A stretch of DNA of 64,000 bases from NCBI GenBank assembly GCA_012295275.1, contig CM022679.1, positions 2,356,001 through 2,420,000 on the forward strand, in the 5' to 3' direction. The notes under the pieces were generated by a model. It worked only from the letters and a program-made list of their open reading frames with translations. It was not told where the DNA came from and made no database searches. Origin of the DNA: Chrysomallon squamiferum (lineage: Eukaryota; Animalia; Mollusca). Positions 50,401 through 63,100 of the stretch are shown here, in pieces (positions within the stretch are counted from its first letter, which is position 1; every line of letters begins with the position of its first letter). Made by a program: the position numbers and the translations under genes.

Positions 50401-53400
50401 TTCTACAATTTTTAAAATATTTATCATTTATTTTTTTTATTTTTAAAAACAATCCAAGTATTTTTGAAACAATATAACAACTGTGATGATATTGATGATG
50501 ATGATGATGATTGATGATGGTATAGCAGCTAGAAGCAGTGATATCGCCTGCAACCAGAATCAGTACCAATGATGATGATGCATAATAATGCAGGCTGCAA
50601 GTAGCCATTTAAAACTGCAATAGTCTTTAAAAACCAAAACATTTTGAAAACACAACACAGACGAAGTTTCACTGTCATTTTGATTTAATTAATGTAGTTT
50701 TTAATTATTTTATTAATATAGTTATTATTATTATTTAATTAATGTGATAAAATCAGTGTAATTTTTTGGTTTGTTTTTAATTAAATTATTTTATTAATTT
50801 GATTAATATTATTTTTTAATTGCTGTCATTTCAGTTTTATAAATGTCATTTTAGCTGTTTTGTTAATTTTTTCATGTTAATTTTGGATCAAAATTTTTGT
50901 TTTACTTATGTTTTAAACATTAATATATTTATTTTTTTAATTTTTTTTTTTCTGATTTAATATTATCTTTTTATTTATTATTTTGATACAACATTTTAGT
51001 TTTATTATTGCTAGAGTGATGTCTGTGGAATGATTCAAAATAATTGTATCTATAGTAACAACATATATTTTCATGACTAACCTAATTCTGATCAATTTGC
51101 CTTTTTTCCCTCTCTTTCTCTTTTGTTTCGTTTGTTCTGTCTTTTTTCAAAGTTCTAAAATGTTATTTATTTTTATACTTTTGCCACAATTAATAAAATG
51201 AAAAGAAAGCTAAAAAAAAAAGTATTATATGTACTAATAAATAAGCTACAATTTAAGATGTTATTTTTCTCAAAAATCACTGAAAATATAGATGTGAGAA
51301 TTTTTTTTTTTTTTTTTACACAGCTGTTTTGTGAACCATAAATAGAATCTGTTCCTAAGACAGTTAACAACATCAAACAACATTTCATCCAGTTCTTTCT
51401 CTATTTCTGTATTTAGGAAACCTGTAACCACAAAGGGAACTTGCAGAGGTATTTTGTAAACTGGTGAACAGAAAATTAGTCATTTTTATCATGGTTTAGA
51501 TATTGAAAATATAATAAGGTGCATATAACTATTTACCAATACTGTTATATATATATATACATGATACAATAAATATAAATTAAATTAATTCCATTCAGAC
51601 ATGCTAATATACATTATTTTATTTTATTAATTAAAATGCACAAGTTAATGGTAGTTATAATTTAAATGAAGTTGTGTTTTTAAAATGTACTGGTGAACTC
51701 TAGGCAGGTTATGCAACAGAAGCTTCTCTATTTTTTCCTGCAGCAAATATAATAATAATTATTTATTAAAATAATATGAAAATATATTACATTGTATGCA
51801 TAAATGTGCAAAGTGCAAAAATTCAAAAGTGTTGGTTCAGTTAAATATCAGTGCCACGAGATTTACATTTTGATATTCACGAAAATAAGACAAACAGGAA
51901 AAACAATTCACAACAATATGAGAATAAATAAAATAAAAGTATACCTATAACACAAAATATTCTAAAAACAAATAAATTGATAATAAAATAAACAGATAAT
52001 ATTTAAAACATAAATAAATGAATTTAAAAAGTATGGTTAAGAACTATTTAATCAAACAAACAAGTCCCCACAGTAGAAGGGAAAACATTTACTAAGTGAT
52101 AAAATACATAAACTGTTTTTAAAAAACCTTTAATAAAGCAATATTTTTGTTAACTAAGCATTTAAGCATTCTAAACACTATCATGATAAACCTTTATCGT
52201 AATTTTAAATGATTCCCTTTCAGACATTGTTAAAAATCTGATTAAAACATGATAATAAGCAAACTATTTCTACATTGTAAAGATGATTTCAGTGAAACAA
52301 TAAAATATACATTTTTCATAAGAAAAAGCTACTGTTATTTATCTAAGAATCTGCGACAAAAAACATGTTTTCATTACTAATCTTGTCTTTTCTTTTTTTC
52401 TTCTTTGTTTTGTCTTTTTTCAAAGTTTTTAATTTTATTTATTTTTATACTTTTGCCATAATTAGTAAACGGAAAAGAAAGCCAGAAAAATATATCACAT
52501 ATTGATGAATTTCAAAATGACAAATACACGGCAGATAATCCAGAGTTCAAATAACAAAACCAATCTGCTTATATCAATGTAACTGTAACCAAACAAAGAA
52601 AAAATTAATTTAAAAAATATACAAATATTAAAAAAACATTTTTTTATCAGGATTATGTCCAATATAAAACACCAAATTAAAGATTAACAAATCCATAAAT
52701 AAATATTTTTAATTTCTGGTCAAGATGATTTTGTTTCAAGGGACATAACTCTGGGTTAAATATGTTACCATTTTTGTTTCATTAAATGTGAAAGCTACAG
52801 ATTATTACAATTTCTCTGAACACATAAATATATCTGTTAGTAAAACATGAACACTACCCAATTACATCCACATAAAAAATATTAAAAATATAAAATTGAA
52901 AAATATATATAATAACAATAATAATAATAATAATAATAATAACAACATTATATACATTTTATCTGAACTCACCTTTTCATTGTTTTTTGTAAGTACTTCG
53001 AAACACATATTTAAACTAACCAATAGAAATCAAGGAAAAAAATCTTACCTCCGGGAAAGAACCATTCAGCATGCATAACAACAGCCTCGATTATGGCACT
53101 AAGAGTCCCAGTAGTGAGCATGTTTGGCCTATGAACAATATTAAAATAAACTCAACAATTATTAAAGAAAAAAGAGGAAGAACTGCATTGTTATTTATCA
53201 AATATTTACACATTTACACAGTAGTGCAGTGGATTTGTCCAAACCGAAATAGTGTTAATTAAATATGAATTCTGAGTCAATGTGAATATTTCAATATATA
53301 TTCACTGATTTTCTCTACATTAACATAATAAATTTTACTTTCTCACTTTCGCTATATTAACTAAATAAATACAGTTATGTATTCTCTGTGTTAACACAGT

Positions 53401-54447
53401 ATACTATATCTGCACACATTATCTAACATAACAAATTTTACTTACTCATGCAATAAATATACTAATATATTCTCTGTGTTAACACAGTATACTACATCTG
53501 CACACATTATCTAACATAACAAATTTTACTTACGCACTCTCTCCCTCGGACCACAGCAGGTTCGGTCCTATGACAATTGCGATGTTACTGGGTGTCATTT
53601 TGTTCACTTCACTCTTCTCACACAACAGTGACAAAAACTTTACTAAATACCTGAACAAAACCACAAACAGCAAAACACTTTATACAACTATAAAAAAAAG
53701 CAAAAAAAAGGAAAAAGAAAAAAAGACAGAGAGATAATAATAAATTTTAAAAAAAAAAAAAAAAAAAGATAATAATAAATAAAATTAAAAATGATAATAA
53801 TAATAAAGAAAAAAAAAGAATAAATAAATTTAAAAAGTAGAGATAATAATAATAAAATTAAAAAATAAATAAATAAAAGGAAGAAAAGAAATGGGTTTTT
53901 TTGACATTTGACAGAAGAACAGTTAACAAGTTTGTAGTTTCTAGGAGTGTCTCAAACAGGTTATGTCTGACTGATGGGTTTTAGGTACATTTTAAGATAC
54001 TAAATACATTCTAAAGTGAAAATAAAAAATAGCAGAAAACATTTACCTGAAGTTGTCGTAGTTCTGTTTAGGCAGTTTTGAAATAACAGTAAACAAAGCC
54101 TTTAACTGCTGACTAGCAGGTCTGAAATTAAAAAAACATTTAAAAACTTTTAAAAATTTCATTTATATCCATAATGTGTGTACACACACATGGCTGCATT
54201 CAGATACCCACTCACAAACACTCACACACACACATATATATATATGCATACATACACTTGTATGCACACACACACACACACACACACATGCACACATTCA
54301 CTGAGTTGTAATATGTAACTCACTGCTGAGCAGCCTGCATGAACTCTGAGTGAAGTTGGAACGTGAGAAGAGGTTCAGGTAATTCTCTCAGGTATTGTTT
54401 TAATGCACCTGAAAACAGAAATTACTATTTACACACTGCTTTAAAAA

Positions 54448-54479
<32 letters not shown>

Positions 54480-57241
54480 TACTAACAATTATACAGGATT
54501 TTAACATAAAATATTTATAAAAAATAGATAGACAAATTAACAGATAGTCAAATATAGTGATAATCCACAGCATTCCATTTTAGACACAAACCTGTCAGAT
54601 AGTAAATAACTAGATATCTGAACAATGGAATAGTTATCGAGTTACCTCCCTTTGTTGTTAACATCATTAAAAGAGAATATATCCTGATTAGATCTGTGTG
54701 GAATGAGGAATAGAACAGTGTTCAGATGAATGAAGTAATTTACTGTTTACTTTTAATATTTGTCTTATTCATTTCCTCTGATGAGAAACTGAAACTTAAT
54801 CTTCAGATAATCAAGGCTAGTAAAATGTTTAGTTAAAATAGGAGTAAAAACACGAGAGACAAGGTTATGAAAAGAAGAACGTACCAGCCACAACATGTGG
54901 GTCTGTGCTGAATTCCATCATGTCAACGATGTTAGCATCAAAACAAGCCTGGAAAATACATCAGTTTGAAAACCTGAATAACACAGACATACCCCACACT
55001 GACACACAAGAACACAAACACACATACACACACATCAGACTTTTAATATAGAAAATATGAGTAATGAAAATTAAAAACAAATAAAAAGTGACTAACGAAT
55101 TGTTATGAATAGTAAATAAAAGTGAAAGAACATTTATTTTACTACTTTTGGTTTTTGTATAATAATGATATGTGCAATATCATGTAGGTTATTCTTGACC
55201 CAAATATTCTTTTACAGGCACTTTGCCACAGACAAGAGATATATATGATCAACAAGAAATAGAAATCATCAACTTTGAGACACTAGTGATGGCAAGTGGC
55301 TGGATAGAGAACTGATCCCACAACCTACCATGTCCCAGGTAACCACTGGATTCAGTCAAAATGAAATGTTTTAAAAAGTTTACCTTTAATTTTTTCAGCC
55401 TCATTGCTCCTCCAGCTATTCTGAACAACCCCTGTAACAGTAACATTACAAACACTGTTACAGTGCCAAGCAGAGAAATTAGTCTTTCTTTCTATTCCTC
55501 TTTTCCTTCTGTCATTCTCAATCTCTCTCAGTTCTCCTTCATACCCAGTCTCTCTCTTTCAATCTCTATCAACTTTTCCCTCTCTTCCACAAGAAAATTT
55601 AATATTTGATAATAAAACCATTATTTCTTCTATCAGATTTACACAACACCCCAACTTTTAATATTATTTTAATGTATTTAACAAAGCATAAACCTTTTAC
55701 ACATGAATGTAGGTGTGTGCATGAGCAAAATTAAACTTAGCAGCAGACACAAACATATATTTTAAATAAGTATTGGACCTACCTCTTCATCCATGGCTGT
55801 TTCTATCAGTGTTCTGATGCAGGCCTCCAACACAACAGCGATGTCGCGACCAGTCACTCGCAGATGTTCTGTCAACGGCATCCCGTACACCGGCTTTGTA
55901 GGACAGTTATCTGATAACATGAACACATGCATACACACAATTAACTAATGAATAAACCGAATGACAAATATATATAAATAAATGAATTAAAAAATGAATA
56001 AAGTAATAAACATAACAAATAAATATAATGAAAAAAAATATAATGAATGTAATAAGACTAATAAATAAATGAATAAACTTAATGATAAATAAATGAATAA
56101 AGACAATGAATAAATGAATGAACATAACAAATAGATGAACAAAGTAATTAATCTTTTAATTAATCTTTAATGACAGCCTCTCAGTTCAGTATATTTTTAT
56201 TTACACCTGCATATAGCTGTGTTATATTTACTGCTTTTAATTACATCTTTCTTGACTATTATATTCATCATGTAACTTTTTTTGCTGACTTTTTAAATGT
56301 ATTTACAAAGTATATTATTACCTATAGCTATGGAATCCAACCTTAGTTTTCATTATTTTTGTAAATGTTATGTAACTAATTATAACCACAAAACTTTCTT
56401 TTGGGGTTTTTCTTGAAATATAATGTGTCCTGACAAGATATTGTTTATTTACAAGGCATTATTGTTTATTTTTGCTTATGTCTGCATAAACAGTTATTAT
56501 TATTATTATATATTTAAATTTTTTAATTTTTACCAAGAGATATGGCCTGCAGTTTATTTTTATTTATGTCTTTACAAACTGTTAAATAAATAAACACAAA
56601 ATATATTTTTATGTGTAATATATTTAATTACATTATTTATCAGTAATATAATGTTTAATTATTTCATTTACCTGTAACATAATATTAAATTACATTATTC
56701 ACCTGTAATGTATTTTTTATTTAAATTATTTATCTGTAATATAATATTTAATTATTTACCTGTAATGTAATATTTATTTAAATTAACCTGTAATATAATG
56801 TTTAATTATTCACCTGTATCATAATGTTTAATTATTTACCTATAGCTGTAGTCATTTTAGGTATCACAGATCTGATAGCTTCAAGAGCCTTCTTATGGTA
56901 GGCTTCCTGGGCCTCCAGTAACTGAAATATCATCAGTAATAAAATCAGTGGAAGAAAGGTTTCACGTTACACAGACAGACAGTTAAATCAGTGGAAGAAA
57001 GGTTTCACGTTACACAGACAGAGTCAGGCAGACAGAGAGAAAGAGAAACAAGGACTGAGATAGGAGAAAAACAAAACAGTACAATATTTGTATGAAAATC
57101 AGCATGCACAGGTCACACAGACTGCAGTTTTTTCTGACATAGAAGAAATAAATCCACACACATGCAGTGTCATTACAATAATAGAAAAATTCATGGAGTC
57201 ACGTCATTATAAATTATGATAGGGCAAGAAAAAAAAAAAAT

Positions 57242-57272
<31 letters not shown>

Positions 57273-60200
57273 ATAAAACTTGTAAGTATTTAGAATATAT
57301 TTAAACTCTTTATTTTCTACCGTTAAAGGCACATTTTTAATTACAACTTGAATGAGTGTTAAAAAAGAAGTGATGATGTAATACAAGAAAATGAAGGTAA
57401 CAACTCACTGCTAGTAACCGAGAACTGTGTTCTGTTTCTTTGGCAATAAAATTAGACATTTCAACAGCTAAAGCATCCTAGAAACAGATCCAAAACAAAT
57501 TTAGTTATATTTTTAAATTACTGACTGAAAAGCTAAATGATTTATTATTCAATAAAATATGATGATATGTTTTTGTATTGCTGTTTTGGGTTGTTTATGT
57601 TTTTTTAAATAAATATGTAGGTTTATGATATAGATATACAAAAAAAATATTATATTCGATACAACTAAATACTGCTTAAAAGTCCTTGTGAAAAGGTTAA
57701 TTTTATGAAAATATTTTAAATTGGAAACAAAATAATACGAAATTCAAAACTACTATTTTTTTTTTTAAATATTTTAAAAATCAAACAATATGTCATAAAA
57801 TTTTTAAAATTTTATCAGAAAATGTTAAATAGATTTTAAAAGATTAAGAAAAACAAATGAGTGAAATTAACAAAGTTCCAGGCTGCTGTAACATGTAACA
57901 CGTACTTTAATGTTTTCTACTTTGTTCATGGCTTCGTCATATTCGTCTTTTATTGTGTCAGCTTTTGCTGCTGCAACAGTCGAGTTTTGACTTGGAATAT
58001 GCGACTGCCTCACAGCATTGTTAAACCTGGCAAACACAACCTTGTCATTATCATCAAACTCAATAACTTTATCATAACTTAATTATAAAATTTCATACAT
58101 TATCATAACTTCATTATCATTAAATTTAATAATTTTATTGTAACTTTATTATTGTTACATTTAACAGCATTATCGTAACTTGATTATTTTTACATTTTTG
58201 TGATATCTAATATATTTAATATCTTTATCACAATGTAATTATTGTTAAATGTAATAACATTATCATAACTTGACAATTATTAAACTTCAACAATTTATCA
58301 TCTTTGATTAGAATTAAAGAAATCAGACATTAAATGAGATTTTATGAATCCTTTTCCATCAAAATATTAAAAAACCATCATAAACATTTTGAGAAAGCTC
58401 TGAAGTTGATATTCAGACTTTATCCCTGAATCTGTATTCACTATAACATTCACTGATCTGATGAACTCATTTTAGCCAGTTTACTGATTATAATCATATT
58501 AGAGTTACCTGCCCTTGGCTGAGTCCATGTCTAGTGTTGCCTTGTTGAGCTGTCTTCTCACCTTCATTATGGCTGGCACATCAACCTGAAAGACATTTTA
58601 AAACTGTTTAAACAGTCAATACTTCACTAAGAAACAAACTAAATAAAAAAAAAAAGTCCTGTCCTACAAAATTAATAAAATATGAGACAGTGTTTGAAGT
58701 TGAAAAATTTGTATGGAAAACAAACTAGATTCATAACAAAACTGCAACCACTTATTGCAGATGTGGAAATCTGTATGAACAGTGATATATAACTGTAGAG
58801 TGTGTTAGTTTTGTTCTGGTAAACAGATCAGTACAAACAGTGATATGTGACTGTAGAGTGTGTTAGTTTTGTTCTGGTAAAGTGAAATAAGTATAAACAG
58901 TGATATGTGACTGTAGAGAGTGTTAGTTTTGTTCTGGTAAAGTGAAATAAGTATAAACAGTGATATATGACTGTAGAGTGTGTTAGTTTTGTTCAGGTAA
59001 ACAGAAATAAGTATAAACAGTGATATGTGACTGTAGAGAGTGTTAGTTTTGTTCAGTTTTGTTCTGGTAAAGAGTGAAATAAATAAGTATAAACAGTGAT
59101 ATATGACTTAGTTTTGTTTTGTTCTGATAAAACACAGATCAGTAAACAGAAATAAAAACAGTGATATATGACTGTAGAGAGTGTTAGTTTTGTTCAGGTT
59201 TGTTCAGGTAAACTGAAATTTTGTTTTGGTAAGAATATAAACAGTGATATATAAACAGTGATATGTGACTGTAGAGAGTGTTAGTTTTGTTCAGGTAAAC
59301 AGAAATAAGTATAAACAGTGATATGTGACTGTAGAGAGTGTTAGATTTGTTCTGTTAAACAAAGGTGACTTACTTCGTTGATGGCCTGCAGTGGCTGTAG
59401 AACGTTTTTCTCGATGTCGATTTCATACTGGAGCCGCTCTTTCGCAGCGTACTCTCTCCCACACATCTGACACACCTGTCTGCAATCACAGGTAAAACAC
59501 ATTTATATATAACTCTGACACACCTGTCTGTAATCACAGGTAAAACACATTTATATATAACACTGACACACCTGTCTGCAATCACAGGTAAAACACATTT
59601 ATATATAACACTAATACAACTGTGTAATTAAAGTTAAATATAATCAAATATATACATACATATATACAACAGGAATATCATAATGATATATATAATATAT
59701 TTTTTTATATGATCCCTACATCTAAAATAAATAAATTAATTAATAAATAAATATTTTAAAGTAAAATTATACAATTATTTATATGATTTACCACTAACTA
59801 AACACACACAGACACATACAAATAGAACCATTCATATTCATTCAAACACTTAAAAACACCCACACCAAAAAATATCATTTGTACATATGCACACAAACAA
59901 ATACACATAAACACATACACATAAACACACACTCTCTTTTTCTCTTTCTCTTTCTCTGACACCCACACACACACACACAACACATAAACATTCAGATGTT
60001 AAAATAACACCTCTGTTACCTTAGCGTTACAGAAAATCAATATCAGGTCTCTATTCTAACTGAGCCAACCTGAACCACGACTGAACAATTTGAAACCCAG
60101 ACTTTCTCACTAACAGTAATATATTCACATATAATGTAAATAATTTAATTTAAAAACAGATTTCTACGAGACACTCACCCAAGCAGACTTTCGTCTCCAA

Positions 60201-60299
60201 GGAGACCAGCCGATTCAATTAAACTGTGGGCTAACGATGTCTCCGGTAACTTTTTCTAAAAACACAAATATACACATCAGTAATACTTGGATATGAATA

Positions 60300-60338
<39 letters not shown>

Positions 60339-61350
60339 AACATGAATAATAAAAGTCAGAAAACATCAGTAATCTGACGTGTGGAAACCAAAGTTTGTTA
60401 TGAGTATGCATGTTAAATAAATTTAGATATACAGAGTATGTATGAATTATTTATAATAGCTTCTGTAAATATTTGAGAATGTGTTATTTGTTGATCTACC
60501 AATTCGTAAAATAAAAATCACTTTAATCAAACATTTATCCATTTAACCAAAAAATGATCTGATTTTCAAACATTTATTTATTTATTCATATACAGTAATA
60601 TCTGTATTCATTATATGTTCATCCACTGATTAATAAATTAAGCGTTTATTAACAAAATTTTATTCCATTCACTAAATTATTCATTAATTCAAAACATATT
60701 TACATATATATGTTAATTAATAAAACATTCATTAAAAAATATTTATTGATTAGCTCATTAAACCAATATTAATTAATTTGATAAATATTTATATATTCAT
60801 TTAAAAATATAATTATATCATTTGCTCAATAAACAAACAGTAATTAATTCAGTGACTGAATACAGTGACTCTATTCAGTGACTGTATTCAACTGTTCAGT
60901 GACTGTTCAGTGACTGTATTCAGTGACTGTTCAACTGTTCAGTTTATTCATGTTCATTGTATTCATTGTTCAAAACTGTTCAGTAACTGTATTCAGTGAC
61001 TGTATTCAGTGACTGTATTCAGTGACTCTGTTCAGTGACTATTCAGTGACTGTTCAGTGACTGTATTCAGTGACTATTCAGTGACTGTATTCAGTGACTC
61101 TGTTCAGTGACTGTATTCAGTGACTGTTCAGTGACTGTATTCAGTGACTGTATTCAGTGACTGTATTCAGTGACTCTGTTCAGTGACTCTGTTTGAAATG
61201 ACACTGACTATTCGTTTCTCTATGTCGACTCCCTGCGCCTGCAGACACAGTGACAGCCTCTTTGTGATGTTTCCTGTCGTGTTTTTCACCACATCCACCC
61301 GCTTCTCCACAGACAGCAGCTCATCCGACAACACTTCCGACTTCTCCGCC
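44109..61350 (-). CDS. ARHGAP44: BAR-domain Rho GTPase-activating protein of the ARHGAP17/ARHGAP44/SH3BP1 (RICH/Nadrin) family, 5'-partial
   Basis: 16 frame-consistent exons: 61350-61209, 60255-60179, 59479-59374, 58585-58509, 58026-57906, 57477-57409, 56921-56840, 55910-55783, 55431-55384, 54948-54885, 54408-54324, 54121-54047, 53650-53534, 53128-53049, 45505-45280, 44733-44109(TGA). RAEKSEVLSDELL start of BAR; KPVYGMPL.EHL, EEGLFRIAG (Arg finger), LKQYLRELPEPLLT, NKMTPSNIAIVIGPNLLW, HAEWFFPG; Pro-rich tail ending EETRL. Exon 1 not found (probably upstream of the window). ARHGAP17 versus ARHGAP44 cannot be resolved. Confidence 0.93.
45108..45273. repeat. About 29-31 bp minisatellite (ttaattacagatgttaccaggctattttc)
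   Basis: 5-6 copies abutting the donor at 45279. Confidence 0.8.
47200..47268. repeat. (TG)n microsatellite
   Basis: Directly visible. Confidence 0.95.
47570..47960. repeat. Degenerate repeat of about 22-27 bp with core aactatgaaa
   Basis: More than 12 aactatg/aactgtg cores at regular spacing. Confidence 0.7.
48869..49128 (-). CDS. Candidate alternative terminal exon of the RhoGAP gene, (G)DFDLVVTLLVIL...ICATC*
   Basis: Acceptor ttaactaactaaatttctag with a branch-point-like CTAAC; phase 1; 86 open codons; begins DFDL like the other post-GAP exons. Confidence 0.45.
49234..49955 (-). CDS. Candidate alternative (terminal) exon of the RhoGAP gene, (G)DFDFNMTSRGSAP..., about 240 codons, Ser/Thr/Pro-rich
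   Basis: Acceptor ttttcattctcatggatcag; phase 1 matches the donor of exon 53049; long GC-rich ORF; the start resembles the EIEFNIT/EVEFNV that follows WFFP in vertebrate ARHGAP44/17. 3' end uncertain (stop at 49234 or an internal donor near 49343). Confidence 0.72.
51112..52490. repeat. Dispersed duplicate of about 100 bp (51112-51215 and 52385-52490)
   Basis: tgtcttttttcaaagtt....ttatttatttttatacttttgcca.aatta.taaa.gaaaagaaagc shared. Confidence 0.8.
51270..51421 (-). CDS. Candidate alternative terminal exon of the RhoGAP gene, GFLNTEIEKELDEMLFDVVNCLRNRFYLWFTKQLCKKKKK...SDF*
   Basis: Strong acceptor ttccctttgtggttacag|G; phase 1; 50 open codons in very AT-rich DNA with helical, protein-like composition. 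Confidence 0.4.
53381..53533. repeat. 88-bp tandem duplication including the 5' splice site of exon 53650-53534
   Basis: attctctgtgttaacacagtatacta.atctgcacacattatctaacataacaaattttacttac at 53381 and 53469; a third degenerate copy near 53320. Confidence 0.9.
55205..55345 (-). mobile_element. Degenerate SINE-like repeat copy (reverse orientation) in a RhoGAP intron
   Basis: Reverse complement reads gggatcag..tccagccact..ctagtg..tcaaag..tgtctgtgg..gtg..gtaaaaga, the same motif order as the 36305 and 5858 copies. Confidence 0.4.
56620..56840. repeat. About 30-bp minisatellite made of copies of a 5' splice site (tttacctgtaatataatgtttaatta)
   Basis: About 7 copies, the last of which is the true donor at 56839. 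Confidence 0.8.
56942..57022. repeat. 43-bp tandem duplication next to the acceptor at 56922
   Basis: aaatcagtggaagaaaggtttcacgttacacagacaga at 56942 and 56985. Confidence 0.9.
58775..59362. repeat. About 60-bp minisatellite (aacagtgatatgtgactgtagagagtgttagttttgttctggtaaa...)
   Basis: About 9-10 copies ending at the donor at 59373. Confidence 0.92.
59467..59612. repeat. 48-bp minisatellite spanning and triplicating the 3' splice site of exon 59479-59374
   Basis: ctgacacacctgtctgcaatcacaggtaaaacacatttatatataac. x3 (59467, 59515, 59563). Confidence 0.92.
60849..61192. repeat. 11-13 bp minisatellite (tcagtgactgtat)
   Basis: More than 20 copies beginning about 15 bp from the donor at 61208. 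Confidence 0.92.
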
Positions 61351-61791
61351 CTGCGAAACACAAAAACAAACACATCAGAATCTGCTACACAGTCTGTGTT
61401 TTTGTGTGAGCTATTCACTGATGTATGTAATAAACTGTGTTTTTGTGTGTACTGTTTGATGTATATATGCATATATGTGTATATGTGTTTGTCAGTATCT
61501 GAAAAAAAAAATATATATATTTTTATTTAAAGCAAATATAAATAACATTTTTTATTAATATTTATATAAGTAGATACAAATAATTTGGGTAAAAACATTG
61601 TTGTCGCTCTTGAAAGAATTATTCCCCTTTACTATCTTTAAAATCTGTTTTAACAAATTAATTTACACAAATGCATCTTCACAAGTAAATAAACATACCA
61701 AGACACAAATCAAAATACACCTTCACTTGTAGACATACAAACAAATAAGTAGATATTAACCAGACAAGAACATACACACAGGATAAATACT

Positions 61792-61795
<4 letters not shown>

Positions 61796-61876
<81 letters not shown>

Positions 61877-61910
61877 AAACACACACACACACACAAACAC
61901 AACACACTCA
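61796..61910. repeat. (CA)n microsatellite
   Basis: Directly visible. Confidence 0.95.
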
Positions 61911-62411
61911 CTAAAAGAAAGAACATATATAAACAGAATTGTTTTATAAAACTGATTAGTCAGTTATATAAGTTTAAACACTTTACAAGACACACACAGT
62001 GACAGACACTAATCAGACTGAGACATTTACTTAAGTCTTTCCAGACAGTCCAAGGATCGATTGACTGGAAACAGTTCAACTGTCTTCATCTTTGATTTAA
62101 AGTTTGATCATTTGAATTGTTTTTATTCCAGTAACTTAATACTTTGTTAAGCCAATGAAACCATGCAGAACAACCACCAGATGGTTTTGGAAATTATAGG
62201 CTTTGTAATAAATGAATAGAGATAAAATATTCACAGACATAAATAACAATAGAAAATAAGAACAAGGCTTACAGTAATGTTAGTAATGGATATTTTGTCT
62301 AATGCAGCTAAACTAACTATTCATCTTTTTGGGTTAATTTGTAAATAGTTAAATATAAAATTATTGTTCTATAATATTTAAAAAAACTACTGTATTATTA
62401 GTAATATTATT

Positions 62412-62442
<31 letters not shown>

Positions 62443-62684
62443 TATGACAAGCAAATTACACAAATATTTAAAAATAAACATATCCAGGATATAATGCAAA
62501 TGTTGACAAAGCTTTCTTCAAAATTGGTTACACAAATTAATGTCCATAAGACTTAATCTACCACTAAACTGACCTAACACAGTTGACCTTCTCCTAAAAT
62601 ATTTATTTAGCAGAAAATCTATGATTCATAAGCTACAACAAACAGTATGTAAACAGATCTTTTCTTAAAATATTTATAACTTAA

Positions 62685-63100
62685 GCAGTCTAACAAGGAC
62701 TTAATAATTCTATAGAAGTAACATAATACAGTCTAGCACATGTACTTAATCAGTCCAATGAATTGACACAATCTAGCACTTGTATTTAACTAGTCCACAA
62801 AACTGACTTAATACAGTCTAGTGTATGTACTACAAAACTGACCTAACAGTCTAGTGTATATACTTAACCAGTCCACAGAAATGACATAATACAGTCTAGT
62901 GTATGTACTTAACCAGTCCACAGAACTGACATAATACAGTCTAGTGTATGTACTTAACCAATTCACAGAAATGACGTAATACAGTCTAGTGTATGTACTT
63001 AACCAGTCTGCAGAATTGTAATAATACAGTCTACCACATGTACTAGTCTGTCCACAGAATTGACATAATACAGTCTAGTGTATGTACTTAACTACTCCAC
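62685..63100. repeat. About 45-bp minisatellite (aatacagtctagtgtatgtacttaaccagtccacagaactgacat)
   Basis: About 8-9 copies. Confidence 0.9.

Noticed and set aside
58775-59362. Regularly spaced repeats resembling a CRISPR array (also 62685-63100 and 12455-12845)
   Set aside because: The inter-repeat sequences are copies of one another, not unique spacers; eukaryotic intron context with no cas genes.
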